Origin: a bacterium
Lineage (GTDB): Bacteria > Patescibacteriota > Doudnabacteria > UBA920
Direction: 5' to 3'
Length of the DNA stretch: 64,000 bases
NCBI GenBank assembly: GCA_021825655.1
Contig: JAKAGU010000002.1
Location: 13,129-77,128, forward strand
Part shown: in pieces, positions 26,052 to 35,164 of the stretch
Layout of the letters: the number at the start of each line of letters is the position of its first letter
How positions within the stretch are numbered: the first letter of the stretch is position 1
Position numbers and translations under genes: made by a program
The notes under the pieces: model-generated
What the model saw: only the letters and a program-made list of their open reading frames with translations
Told to the model about the DNA's origin: nothing
The model's database searches: none

Positions 26052-27082
26052 GTTGAAATTTTATATTTTTTCTGCGCGGGCAGACTGATTAAAAAATCCG
26101 TCCCCTGCCCGAGGGCGCTCTGTACTGCCAAGTGGCCGCCATGCGCATCAACAATCGCCTTGACAATGGACAGCCCCAATCCTGTTCCTTGCCCGTGCTT
26201 GGACTGGTCGCCCTGGTAAAAACGTTCAAAAATAAAAGGCAAGTCTTTTTCCGCAATCCCAACACCGGTATCGGCAATTTTGACGTCTACCTGGTTGTCT
26301 TTTACGGCCAGGCTAATATCCACCCTGCCTTGTGGCTTATTGTATTTGATGGCATTTTCAATCACGTTGGCAAAAGCGTGCTCCAGAAAATGCCGGCTGC
26401 CAAAAATCTGTACGGGGCCTGACTCGGCCAGCGCCAGTTCTATTTTGCTGCTATGAGCCAGGCCCTGAAACCTGTCCACGGTCTTGCTCAGCAATTGCTG
26501 CAAATCTACGGGCATAAAACCCGAGCTGAAATCCTGGCCTTCGGCTTGCGATAATTCCAGCAGCTGGTGGCTTAGCCGGGTCAAGTTGCCAATTTCTTCC
26601 AAAAGACTGGCTAAGGTCTTTTGGACCCCGGCGGACAGTTCGATTTTTTGGCGCTGCAGAACCTCAATATCCGTACGCATTACTGCCAAAGGCGTACGGA
26701 GTTCGTGGGAGGCGTCGGCCACGAAGCGCTTCTGGCCTTCCATGGCCAGTTTAATGGGTTTCAAAGTGTACCCGGCAAAACTATAGCTGGCAAAGGCTGC
26801 TACCAACAAAACGGCCCCGTCAATCATAACTAGCAGCCAGGCCAGCCTTTCGCAGGCATCGTCAAAAAAATTCTCTTCCTGAATGAGTTCGCCTCGGACA
26901 TTTTCGCGGTAGGAACGTCGAAGCTGCTGGGTGGTGGCAGTATAAAAACTTATGCTGAAAACCGTAACGATTACGAAAATAATCGCCATGTACCACAAAG
27001 TCAGCTTGACCCGGGCCTGGTGGAACGGATCAAAATTCAAGCCGGTAGCCGAGGCCCCGGACGGTTTGGAGGTGTTTGCCAT
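26048..27082 (-). CDS. Sensor histidine kinase (HisKA + HATPase_c)
   Basis: H-box ADASHELRTPLAVM, N-box IENAIKYN and G2 GTGLGLSIVKAIVDAHGG. The N-terminus overlaps the upstream response regulator stop by 53 bp, so the real start may be the internal ATG at 26989. Confidence 0.85.
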   Translation of the reverse strand: MANTSKPSGASATGLNFDPFHQARVKLTLWYMAIIFVIVTVFSISFYTATTQQLRRSYRENVRGELIQEENFFDDACERLAWLLVMIDGAVLLVAAFASYSFAGYTLKPIKLAMEGQKRFVADASHELRTPLAVMRTDIEVLQRQKIELSAGVQKTLASLLEEIGNLTRLSHQLLELSQAEGQDFSSGFMPVDLQQLLSKTVDRFQGLAHSSKIELALAESGPVQIFGSRHFLEHAFANVIENAIKYNKPQGRVDISLAVKDNQVDVKIADTGVGIAEKDLPFIFERFYQGDQSKHGQGTGLGLSIVKAIVDAHGGHLAVQSALGQGTDFLISLPAQKKYKIST

Positions 27083-27698
27083 ATGCGCCCAGTTTCTTTC
27101 TTAAATTTTTAACATGCACATCGACCACGTTACTGAATGAATCAAAGGAAAAATCCCAAACGGCGGCAAGAATCTGATCCCGGGAAAGTACCTGGCCGGC
27201 GTGGCGCATAAAATACTCCAATAGCCGATACTCCCGCAAAGTTAAGGCCAAGGATCTGCCGCTTAAGGTAACCTGTTTTTTTGCGCTGTCCAAAATTAGC
27301 GGCCCCACCAGCAAAACCTCCGAGACCAAAGCCTGCGGGCGGCGCAAGAGCGCCCGAAGCCTGGCCAAAAGTTCGCTAAACTCAAATGGCTTAATCAGGT
27401 AATCGTCCGCGCCTGCGTCCAGACCCAGAACCTTATCATCCGTGGTGTCTCTGGCGGTCAGCATTAAAACCGGGGTGATAATATTTTTTTCGCGCCAAGC
27501 ACCGCATACCGAAACCCCGTCCTTGCCCGGCAGCATAATATCCAAAATTACCAAGTCATACATATCCCTGTGCGTTTCCAGCCTTTTTTCGCCCATTTCC
27601 CCGTCAAACAGCAAATCCACGGCATAACCCTCTTGCTCCAAGCCGAGCTTGAGGGAATTGGCTAATTTGGCATTGTCTTCGATAACCAATATTTTCAT
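27030..27698 (-). CDS. OmpR-family response regulator (receiver + winged-helix)
   Basis: Receiver domain MKILVIEDN...DLVILDIMLPGKDG...LMLTARD. C-terminal trans_reg_C LTLREYRLLEYFMRHAGQVLSRDQILAAVW...VDVHVKNLRKKL. Confidence 0.9.
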   Translation of the reverse strand: MKILVIEDNAKLANSLKLGLEQEGYAVDLLFDGEMGEKRLETHRDMYDLVILDIMLPGKDGVSVCGAWREKNIITPVLMLTARDTTDDKVLGLDAGADDYLIKPFEFSELLARLRALLRRPQALVSEVLLVGPLILDSAKKQVTLSGRSLALTLREYRLLEYFMRHAGQVLSRDQILAAVWDFSFDSFSNVVDVHVKNLRKKLGAYGKHLQTVRGLGYRLEF

Positions 27699-27888
27699 GT
27701 CTTTATTGTATCCTTCTTAAATGAAGCTGGCATGAAGGCGCAGGAAGACTTGCGGCTGCCCAAACAAAAAAACTACGGACAAAATATCCCTAGTTCCACC
27801 AATACCGGTTAATTCCGCTGTTTTGCATTTAACTGGATATTGTTTTGTCATTTTATTTAAAATCAAACCTTTAACAGACGGATCTATT

Positions 27889-27963
27889 GGCTGGGGTGGT
27901 AGGGATCGAACCTACGAATGGGGGCTTCAAAGGCCCCTGCCTTACCGCTTGGCTACACCCCAA
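27889..27963 (-). tRNA. tRNA-Gln (anticodon UUG)
   Basis: Minus-strand read TGGGGTG-TA-GCC-AAGCGGTAA-GGC-A-GGGGC-CTTTGAA-GCCCC-CATTC-GTAGG-TTCGATC-CCTAC-CACCCCA-G-CCA. The U1:A72 pair and G73 are typical of bacterial tRNA-Gln. Confidence 0.85.
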
Positions 27964-28069
27964 AACGGCAATTCAACTAACATATTATAAAATAACTGGG
28001 TTGATTTGAAAAGCCTGACTAGGCCGATTATTTCCTGTGGATTAAGGCTTACCAAACCGCCCCAAAAGA

Positions 28070-29131
28070 TTGTATAATCAAGTTATGGATTTGACCCAAG
28101 CTTTTCACCCCAATCTTTATCTGATTTTTGAACTCCTGGGCGCCATTTCGTTTGTTGCCATCCTGGCCCGGGAAATCTACCAAAAAAACGAAACTCGTGT
28201 TTTTGAAATCCTTAGCGCGCTGGTTTTCGGTCTGCTATTGGAAATCGGCAACACCCACCTGGGCCATACCTACACCTATAGCCCAAATTTTGTGATCCAA
28301 ATCTTCAACGTTCCCCTGGCCATCGGCGTCTACTGGGCGCTGATTATTTACAGCGTCATGCTGCTTTCCGACCAGTACCGGCTGCCCTGGGTTATCCGTC
28401 CGTTCATGGACGCGCTCACAGCCATAATTTTAGACCTCTATTTGGACGTAGTGGCCGTGCGTTTGGGTTTTTGGACTTGGGTTATCCCTAAAAACCAGGA
28501 ATGGTACGGGATCCCTTTTGATAACCTGGCGGGCTGGATTTTTGTAGTTATATCTTTTTCCTTTATTATCCGCTTTATCCGCACACTCAACTTAAAACGC
28601 TGGCTGACGCGGCTGATGCTAATTTTAAGTCCGCTGTTGGCCTACCTGGGACTGATGCTGCTTTTAGCCCTGTTCGGTTTTCTCAGTCTGCTACCCTATG
28701 CCTTAAATAACTGGGGCCAGTGGACAGCTGCGGACATTAACCCCAATATCAATGTTTTCTACAATCCCGAAATCCAGTTGTGGAAAATCATTATTTTTGT
28801 GGCCATACTGGTTCAGCTGGCCAACATTGTCGTAAGCGCCATGATTAAATACCGGAAAAAGTATGTTTGGCACTTTGACTTGTTAAGCTTTACCATCCTG
28901 ACCAGCATGCACCTTTTTATTATTATTACCCTGTTTACCTCGGGCACCTACCGGGAACTGCCGATTTTCATCTTTTTTGCCGCCTGTTTCTTTTCCATCC
29001 ACCTGCTCCTCCACTTTTTGCCCCACACTTTACAGAAACCTAAAGTCTACTATTTCTTCCGCCGGATTGGTAAAACCTTGAATTCGGAGGAAAGGCATAT
29101 GGAAAAATTCGTGGAAGCCAACCTAAAATAA
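28070..29131 (+). CDS. Hypothetical polytopic membrane protein (8-10 TM)
   Basis: 353 aa. Hydrophobic helices throughout. No catalytic motif recognised. Confidence 0.5.
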   Translation: MYNQVMDLTQAFHPNLYLIFELLGAISFVAILAREIYQKNETRVFEILSALVFGLLLEIGNTHLGHTYTYSPNFVIQIFNVPLAIGVYWALIIYSVMLLSDQYRLPWVIRPFMDALTAIILDLYLDVVAVRLGFWTWVIPKNQEWYGIPFDNLAGWIFVVISFSFIIRFIRTLNLKRWLTRLMLILSPLLAYLGLMLLLALFGFLSLLPYALNNWGQWTAADINPNINVFYNPEIQLWKIIIFVAILVQLANIVVSAMIKYRKKYVWHFDLLSFTILTSMHLFIIITLFTSGTYRELPIFIFFAACFFSIHLLLHFLPHTLQKPKVYYFFRRIGKTLNSEERHMEKFVEANLK

Positions 29132-29134
29132 ATT

Positions 29135-29389
29135 ATGGACAACCTGGAGAAAAAAATAACGGAAATCCTGGAACGCAACCGGAAAGTGGAGGCCGACAAA
29201 GCCTGGGAAACTTCCCTGACTCGCCGGCTGTTTATTGCGCTTTTAACCTACCTCTGCGCCTGGCTCTGGCTAATTCTCATCAGGCAGCCGCTGGCCTGGC
29301 TGACTGCAGCCGTGCCAGTCTTGGGCTACCTGCTCTCCACCCTCACCCTGCCGCCGCTTAAGGCCTGGTGGCTGAAACGAAAACAATAA
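29135..29389 (+). CDS. Small membrane protein with N-terminal coiled region
   Basis: 84 aa with two TM helices. Starts 4 bp after the upstream stop. Confidence 0.4.
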   Translation: MDNLEKKITEILERNRKVEADKAWETSLTRRLFIALLTYLCAWLWLILIRQPLAWLTAAVPVLGYLLSTLTLPPLKAWWLKRKQ

Positions 29390-29425
29390 ATAAAATACGG
29401 CGCCAAAAGGCGCCGTATTTTATTG
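29388..29425. terminator. Bidirectional rho-independent terminator
   Basis: aaaATACGGCGCCaaaaGGCGCCGTATtttatt between convergent genes. Confidence 0.7.
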
Positions 29426-29432
29426 TACTGAC

Positions 29433-29885
29433 TTAATTGCCCTGCGGCCCGCCCGGCATAGGCGCCTGTTCGGGGCGGATCTGGATTTGCTGCGCAGTAA
29501 CGCTGCCGTCGGAATTGGCAGTTCCCGCAACCGTTACTTGCTGGCCTGCCGCCAGGTCCCCGGCCGAGCCGGCTACAGCCTTGCCAATGCTGGTGGTAGA
29601 AGAATAAAAAACAATTCTAGTGCTGCCATCCCGCAGTTTCAGGGTAACGCTCTTGTCGTCTTTACTTAACACGTCCCCGCTCAGAAAACCACCCGCTTGG
29701 CCGTTGCCGAAACGCCGCGTGCCGGTCGCCGTGCCATTCTGGCCGTTACCGCGCATTTGCTGAAAAGCGTTCTGCGGATTATTTGCCAGCCCTTTGCCCT
29801 GGGCGTATTTCATACCCCCGTAAAAACCCAAACTCCCCGCAACCACCAAAGTCACAAGACTTATGGAAATAATTTTTTTATCCAT
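29433..29885 (-). CDS. Secreted Gly/Gln-rich small beta protein (DUF5666-like), paralog of 34147..34668
   Basis: Signal anchor, low-complexity G/N/Q region, then VTLKLRDGSTRIV...GQQVTVAGTANSDGSVTAQQIQI, similar to ...DRIVAIGAPKEDGSVAASFIRV in the paralog. Confidence 0.45.
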   Translation of the reverse strand: MDKKIISISLVTLVVAGSLGFYGGMKYAQGKGLANNPQNAFQQMRGNGQNGTATGTRRFGNGQAGGFLSGDVLSKDDKSVTLKLRDGSTRIVFYSSTTSIGKAVAGSAGDLAAGQQVTVAGTANSDGSVTAQQIQIRPEQAPMPGGPQGN

Positions 29886-29917
29886 GAAATTCCTTTCTAT
29901 AAACTTAATTATTTTAA

Positions 29918-30574
29918 TTAAATACTGCCGTCAAAAAGCTTTGAATCAGCTGGAAAAATTTTAACTGCAATGCGATAGATGCCGTAGGTAATAAAAAAAG
30001 CGGAAAAAACATCAATGGAATAATGCAGGTGGCCCAACAGGACAGCGGAACCGAAAATAACCGATGCCGCAAGAAATACATAGCGCAAAATTTTATCTTC
30101 CCAGAACAGCATGGCCATTAAGAATGGCAGGCCGGTGTGGCCGGAAAAAAACAGGTCGCTGCCGGAACCAGAAGCCAATTTTTCAAAAATGTTTCCAGAG
30201 GGTGACAGCGCGGGGTGGGCCGGCGGAGCCAGATGGGTCAAGATTAGGAAAAAAGAACGGACGGCGACCCAGAGCGCAATGCTTTTGAGCAAAAATGGGA
30301 TCCGTTTCGGGCGGGCTAGAGCCAAAAGAGTAATAAAGGCCACGAAAGTGATAATGCCTTCAAAAAAAACCGCGTCCACTCTCATGGTGGGGATGTTATC
30401 CAGCACAATATCCGTAACAGCGCTGCTGCCGTGCGTGGCGGTATACGTATTGGCGGCATAATTCAAAACCAGGCTGATAGCCAAAAACAAAAGGCCCAAA
30501 AAAAACTGGAGATAAAAAACTTTGTGCGACTTGAGTTCTGAGTAACGCTGAAAAAAACTTTTTATTTTATTCAT
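29918..30574 (-). CDS. PAP2-superfamily phosphatase (phosphatidate / undecaprenyl-diphosphate phosphatase-like)
   Basis: PAP2 motifs: ARPKR(IP) (KxxxxxxRP), FSGHTG (PSGH) and LGHLHYSIDV (SRxxxxxHxxxD-like). Start moved to MNKIKS to limit overlap with the permease gene. Confidence 0.65.
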   Translation of the reverse strand: MNKIKSFFQRYSELKSHKVFYLQFFLGLLFLAISLVLNYAANTYTATHGSSAVTDIVLDNIPTMRVDAVFFEGIITFVAFITLLALARPKRIPFLLKSIALWVAVRSFFLILTHLAPPAHPALSPSGNIFEKLASGSGSDLFFSGHTGLPFLMAMLFWEDKILRYVFLAASVIFGSAVLLGHLHYSIDVFSAFFITYGIYRIAVKIFPADSKLFDGSI

Positions 30575-31805
30575 AGCGCAAGGCTTCGATGGGGTTAAGT
30601 TTTGCGGCGCGGCGCGCCGGATAATATCCAAAAACCATGCCTATGCCCGCGGATACCCCGAAAGCAAGCAGCACGGAGCTCAAAGAAATACTGGTGGTGA
30701 CACTGGCGAATTTGGTCACCCCCCAGGCCAGCGCCCAGCCTAAAACCACTCCCAAAGCGCCGCCGATAAAAGTTAGCATTACCGCTTCGATCAAAAACTG
30801 CAGGCTAATGTCATTCCGGTGGGCGCCAATAGCTTTCCTCAAGCCAATCTCGCGCGTACGTTCGGTTACGGTCGTCAGCATCATGTTCATAATGCCAATT
30901 CCTCCAACCAGCAAGGAAATCCCAGCAATGGACGCCAGGAGAATGGTAAAAATTCCGGTGACGCTGGAGGCTGCAGCCACGATATCCGCCTGGTTCTGTA
31001 CGGTAAAGTCTGCCAGCTGGCTGCTGGTGATGTTATGGCGCTGCATCAAAATTTGCGTCACCTGGTCCTGCACGGCCGTCATGTCCGTGGCATTTTGAGC
31101 GGAAATGGCAATCGTGCTCACATAGCTTTGCCCCTGGGTATTGGGCCCGACCAGATAGTGCTGGGACACCGAGATGGGCACAAAAATAATATCGTCCTGG
31201 TTAAAGAAGCCGCTGCCGCCTTTGCTTTTGGTAACGCCGATGATTTTAAAATTTATGGATTTTATCCGGATGGTCTGGCCGATAACGTCCGCACCCGCGC
31301 CAAACAAGTCATCCCTGGCCGTAGGGCCAATGACCGCCACCTTGGCCAAGTCTGTCACCTGCTGGTCCGTAATAAAAGACCCTTGGTCAATTTCCACGTT
31401 CCTGATGGTCGGATAGTTACTGTCCGTTCCCACCACCTGCGTGTTGGTGTTGGTGCCCTTGGCGGTAATCTGGAAACGGCGGGATAGTTCCCCGTCCACG
31501 GCCTTGGCTAAAGTCAGCTGCTGCCGAACTGCTTCCACGTCCGCCATGGTCAGGCTTTCGGAACTGCCCTGGCCCGCACTAACGGTTACTCCCGGCCCGC
31601 GCTGCGCCCCCGGCGACACAATGATCAAATTGGAGCCAATGGACTGGATGTTGTTCTGGATGGAGGCCTGTGCGCCCTGGCCAATGGCAATCATGGCAAT
31701 GACCGAGCCAATGCCGATGACGATGCCTAAAATCGTCAGGGACGACCTGACCTTATTGACCGTAATTGCCGCATAAGTTTCTTCCAATAAATCGCTGGTG
31801 CGCAT
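30567..31805 (-). CDS. ABC transporter permease, MacB/FtsX-like (large periplasmic domain + 4 TM)
   Basis: Architecture: TM1, periplasmic domain of about 220 aa, then FtsX-type C-terminal TMs with conserved ...[25 protein letters not shown]. Confidence 0.85.
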   Translation of the reverse strand: MRTSDLLEETYAAITVNKVRSSLTILGIVIGIGSVIAMIAIGQGAQASIQNNIQSIGSNLIIVSPGAQRGPGVTVSAGQGSSESLTMADVEAVRQQLTLAKAVDGELSRRFQITAKGTNTNTQVVGTDSNYPTIRNVEIDQGSFITDQQVTDLAKVAVIGPTARDDLFGAGADVIGQTIRIKSINFKIIGVTKSKGGSGFFNQDDIIFVPISVSQHYLVGPNTQGQSYVSTIAISAQNATDMTAVQDQVTQILMQRHNITSSQLADFTVQNQADIVAAASSVTGIFTILLASIAGISLLVGGIGIMNMMLTTVTERTREIGLRKAIGAHRNDISLQFLIEAVMLTFIGGALGVVLGWALAWGVTKFASVTTSISLSSVLLAFGVSAGIGMVFGYYPARRAAKLNPIEALRYE

Positions 31806-31809
31806 ATTT

Positions 31810-32490
31810 TTATCTTACTTTTTCGTCCTCAATTATCTGCCCGTCCCGGATGTGGATTATCCTCCGGGCATGCGCGGCTACGTCGTGCTCATGGGTGATA
31901 AGAATTATCGTCCTCCCCTGCCGGTTAAGCTCTTCAAATGTTGCCAGCACTATTTCGCCGGTTTTGGTGTCCAGGTTGCCGGTTGGCTCGTCGGCCAAAA
32001 TAATCGCCGGGTCGTTTACCAAAGCGCGGGCAATGGCCACGCGCTGCATTTGTCCGCCGGACAGCTGGTTGGACAAATGGTAGAACCGGTCTTCGCTCAT
32101 GCCGGCCTGGAGCAGCGCGTGCTTGGCCGCCTCTTCTCTTTGTTTTTTCTCCACTCCGGCGTAAACCAAGGGCAAAGCCACGTTTCTAATAACTGTGGCC
32201 CGGGGCAGCAGATTAAAAGCCTGAAAAACAAAACCGATTCTTTTCTTCCGCACTTCGGCGAGCTCGTCGTCGGAAAGCTGGGAAACATCCTGGCCATCCA
32301 AAAAATAACTGCCGGTAGTCGGATTATCCAGCGCGCCCAGAATATGCATTAAGGTAGATTTGCCGCTGCCCGAAGGGCCGGTGATAGCCACAAATTCGCC
32401 GGTTTCTATTTTAAAGGATACGCCCTTTAAAACCACGGTTTCATTGTCTCCGTTTTTATAAATTTTTACTAAATCCTTGCATTCAATCAT
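31810..32490 (-). CDS. ABC transporter ATP-binding protein (MacB/LolD-type)
   Basis: Walker [10 protein letters not shown], signature [15 protein letters not shown], Walker [13 protein letters not shown]-loop. Confidence 0.9.
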   Translation of the reverse strand: MIECKDLVKIYKNGDNETVVLKGVSFKIETGEFVAITGPSGSGKSTLMHILGALDNPTTGSYFLDGQDVSQLSDDELAEVRKKRIGFVFQAFNLLPRATVIRNVALPLVYAGVEKKQREEAAKHALLQAGMSEDRFYHLSNQLSGGQMQRVAIARALVNDPAIILADEPTGNLDTKTGEIVLATFEELNRQGRTIILITHEHDVAAHARRIIHIRDGQIIEDEKVR

Positions 32491-32498
32491 AAACGTTT

Positions 32499-34139
32499 CT
32501 AGCGGCCGCCGCCCAAACCCGGAATTCTAATCCCCGCCCCCGTGGTTGATGTCCGAGCCGTGCTGGCAGCCGTACTGGAAGTGTTAATGGTCTGGGTCAC
32601 CACTTCCTGCCCTTCGGACAAACCGGAGGTTATTTCCGTGTCCGTGCCGTTGGACGAACCCACCTGCACAGTCTGATTTTTAGGCTGGCCGTTTTCCAAC
32701 AGCTGGACATAGTGCTGGGTTCCTTGGGTCTTTACCGCACCGCTCGGTACCATAAGCACGTCCTGCTTAACATCGGTAATAATGTCCACGGTCACGCTCA
32801 TGCCGGGTTTTACCTGGTCATTCTGCACGTCAAAAGCCACCGTCACATTATAACTGACAACGCCCTGGCTGACGGTCCCGATGGTATCAATCTGTATGAC
32901 CCTGCCGGTTATGGTCAGGCCATCTACGGCATCGAAGGTCATAGTTGCTTTTTGGCCGAGCCGTACCTTGGCCACATCCACCTCGTTCAAGGAAATTTTG
33001 GCCACTTGCTGGTTGGTGATAATCGTGGCAATCACGGTACCCGCAGTCACCTTGTCGCCGGCTGAAAAATCCACCGACGCCATAGTGCCGTCGAACGGCG
33101 CCCTTAAAATAGTGTTGTCATATGCGGTCTGCGCGTTGGCCAGCTGGGCCTGGGCCGAAGTAATTTGCGCTTTAGCCGAAGCAATGTCGGACTCAGTGGG
33201 AGGCTGTAGGGTATTTTGCAAAGACAGCTTTGCCTTGTCCAAGGCCGTCTGGGCCGAATCAACCGCAGCCTGGGCCTGTTCTACGGTCTGCTGCTGGTTC
33301 TGAACCGCTGAATTGTAGGCATTTAAAACGGTCAGATAGGTGGCTGACTTGGTGTTGGGCACGTTTATTACCCACTTGGTGGACAAACTAAAATTTCCGC
33401 TGGTGCTGAAAGTCACATACATGCCATTACCCAAAGGCTGGGCCAGGCCGCGGTTTATCTGCCCGCTTTCAGTGCCTAGGCCCGAAGCCGAATAAAAATA
33501 ACCATTGCCGTTCTGGTAAACGGTAATGTTGTAAGCGCCCTTGTCCGTGCCTGTATAATTGCCGCTCAAAGTCAGGGTTACCGTGCTGTTGGGATCGCTC
33601 GGGTCAGCCTCAAGGTCATTGTTCAAAAGCGAAGACAGGGCCTTGTCCACGGCCTGCTGCTGTTCCGTAACTGTAAAACTGTAGTTCTTTTTAGCCTGGT
33701 CCAAAGACTGCTGGGCGGACTGAATGGATAACTGCTGGGTCTGCACGTCAATATCGGTAGCGCCGGCCATCAGCTTGTCATAGGAAGCCTGGGCCTGGGC
33801 CAGGTTGGCCCGGGCCTGGGCTACGCTGTTTGCCGCTGACTGCTGGTCGACAATTGCAACCACATCTCCGGCTTTGACCTGCTGGTTATTTTTTACATTC
33901 ACCGCGGTCAGCCGGCCATCGCTGACCGGTTTGATATCCATCTGGTCGGAGGTTTCCGCCTGGCCTGTGCCGGACACCGAAGTAACAAGCGTCCCCTTGG
34001 TGACCTGGCCCGTGACATAACTGACCGCCCCGCTTTTGGAACCGGACTGCTTGTAAAAATAATAACTGCCGACAGCTATTACAACCACAATGGCTGCCAG
34101 TAGATATTTTTTTCGTAAAAGGGATTGGGTGAATTTCAT
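32499..34139 (-). CDS. Periplasmic adaptor (HlyD/MacA-like membrane fusion protein) with large insertion
   Basis: N-terminal TM, biotinyl-lipoyl-like (VKAGDVVAIVD) and coiled-coil hairpin (QAQASYDKL...) segments, and a C-terminal beta-barrel. 546 aa is about 150 aa longer than typical MFPs. Confidence 0.7.
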   Translation of the reverse strand: MKFTQSLLRKKYLLAAIVVVIAVGSYYFYKQSGSKSGAVSYVTGQVTKGTLVTSVSGTGQAETSDQMDIKPVSDGRLTAVNVKNNQQVKAGDVVAIVDQQSAANSVAQARANLAQAQASYDKLMAGATDIDVQTQQLSIQSAQQSLDQAKKNYSFTVTEQQQAVDKALSSLLNNDLEADPSDPNSTVTLTLSGNYTGTDKGAYNITVYQNGNGYFYSASGLGTESGQINRGLAQPLGNGMYVTFSTSGNFSLSTKWVINVPNTKSATYLTVLNAYNSAVQNQQQTVEQAQAAVDSAQTALDKAKLSLQNTLQPPTESDIASAKAQITSAQAQLANAQTAYDNTILRAPFDGTMASVDFSAGDKVTAGTVIATIITNQQVAKISLNEVDVAKVRLGQKATMTFDAVDGLTITGRVIQIDTIGTVSQGVVSYNVTVAFDVQNDQVKPGMSVTVDIITDVKQDVLMVPSGAVKTQGTQHYVQLLENGQPKNQTVQVGSSNGTDTEITSGLSEGQEVVTQTINTSSTAASTARTSTTGAGIRIPGLGGGR

Positions 34140-34146
34140 ATATAGA

Positions 34147-34668
34147 TTATTTATTTAAATTGGGGAAACTTTGGCCTGGCATGGGCATGGGCCCCGGTCC
34201 GGGGCCAAACGGTTCAGCCGGATCAAAAACTCTGATAAAACTAGCTGCCACGGAACCGTCTTCTTTGGGAGCGCCGATGGCCACAATCCGATCACCGGCT
34301 TTCAGTTCGGAAAAATTCAAAGTTTGCCAACCCTTCCGAATGACTGTCGTGCCGTCCACGGTAATTACTTTTTCTACATTGCTCTGGCCTTTCACCACCA
34401 GGCTGTTATTGGACACGCTTAGCACTTCGCCGGCCGTGCCGTGGCCATTGATGAAATCCTGGCTTTCCAGGCCTTTTAAAAAACCTTCCTTTGGCCCGCC
34501 AAATACCCGGTGGTAATTTTCTCCCCAGCGAAAAGTAAAAGCTGCTTTGCGGTATCCGACAAACATACCCAGCTGGAAAACCAACAGTAGAACTACCGTA
34601 GCCGAAAGGCCAAGCACCAGCCATTTAAATTTTTTTGTTTGTAAAATTGAAGGCAAATTCATAACCAA
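34147..34668 (-). CDS. Secreted small beta protein (DUF5666-like), paralog of 29433..29885
   Basis: N-terminal TM/signal. Central beta-rich domain and C-terminal GPGPGPMPMPGQ low-complexity tail. Confidence 0.45.
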   Translation of the reverse strand: MVMNLPSILQTKKFKWLVLGLSATVVLLLVFQLGMFVGYRKAAFTFRWGENYHRVFGGPKEGFLKGLESQDFINGHGTAGEVLSVSNNSLVVKGQSNVEKVITVDGTTVIRKGWQTLNFSELKAGDRIVAIGAPKEDGSVAASFIRVFDPAEPFGPGPGPMPMPGQSFPNLNK

Positions 34669-34672
34669 TAAA

Positions 34673-35098
34673 TTAATGGTTCAGTGCGGAAAGCTGCCGG
34701 GAAGAGGACAAAAACTCCCGGCCGAAACCCAAAGTCAGCCTCAGGCCGTAAAGTACCGCCAAAACCGTAGCTAAAAATACCCCGGCGCTTAAAGCCGGCA
34801 GGGTCTCTAAAAGGCTGAAAACGTAATCCTGCCAGTCTGCGGCAATAAACCTGAAATCGTAAAAAAATAACGACAAGTACTGACCGAAGCCTGAGGTGGA
34901 AACATCCAGCCAAAAGAGCCTTAGCATAAACGCAAATGCGGCAACAGACCCCGCCAGCAGCACAGCGGCAAAAACCAGCCGCCGCCTGAGCCGTATAAGC
35001 TTGCGTTCGGTTTCAATCCTGGACAGGACCCTATTTAACAGGCCGTCGGGCACACTCAGATTATTCGGCGTAAATTTTTCAATGTCTTTTGGCTTCAT
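34673..35098 (-). CDS. Putative membrane anti-sigma factor
   Basis: 141 aa immediately downstream of the ECF sigma gene. N-terminal cytoplasmic segment, a TM helix, and a short extracytoplasmic part. Confidence 0.4.
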   Translation of the reverse strand: MKPKDIEKFTPNNLSVPDGLLNRVLSRIETERKLIRLRRRLVFAAVLLAGSVAAFAFMLRLFWLDVSTSGFGQYLSLFFYDFRFIAADWQDYVFSLLETLPALSAGVFLATVLAVLYGLRLTLGFGREFLSSSRQLSALNH

Positions 35099-35115
35099 AT
35101 TACATAATACGAAAA

Positions 35116-35145
35116 AAAGATGCGTTTGGGTGCATCTTTTTAAAT
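35116..35145 (-). terminator. Hairpin + U-run between sigma and anti-sigma genes (possible attenuator / partial terminator)
   Basis: aaaaaaAGATGCgtttgggtGCATCTttttt. On the minus strand this reads as a hairpin followed by TTTTTTT. Confidence 0.4.
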
Positions 35146-35164
35146 CCGAATTTTCGGCTTAACC

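Noticed and set aside
31766-32352. Plus-strand ORFs 31766..32083 and 31798..32352
   Set aside because: Antisense to the ABC ATPase gene, which has Walker A, signature and Walker B motifs.
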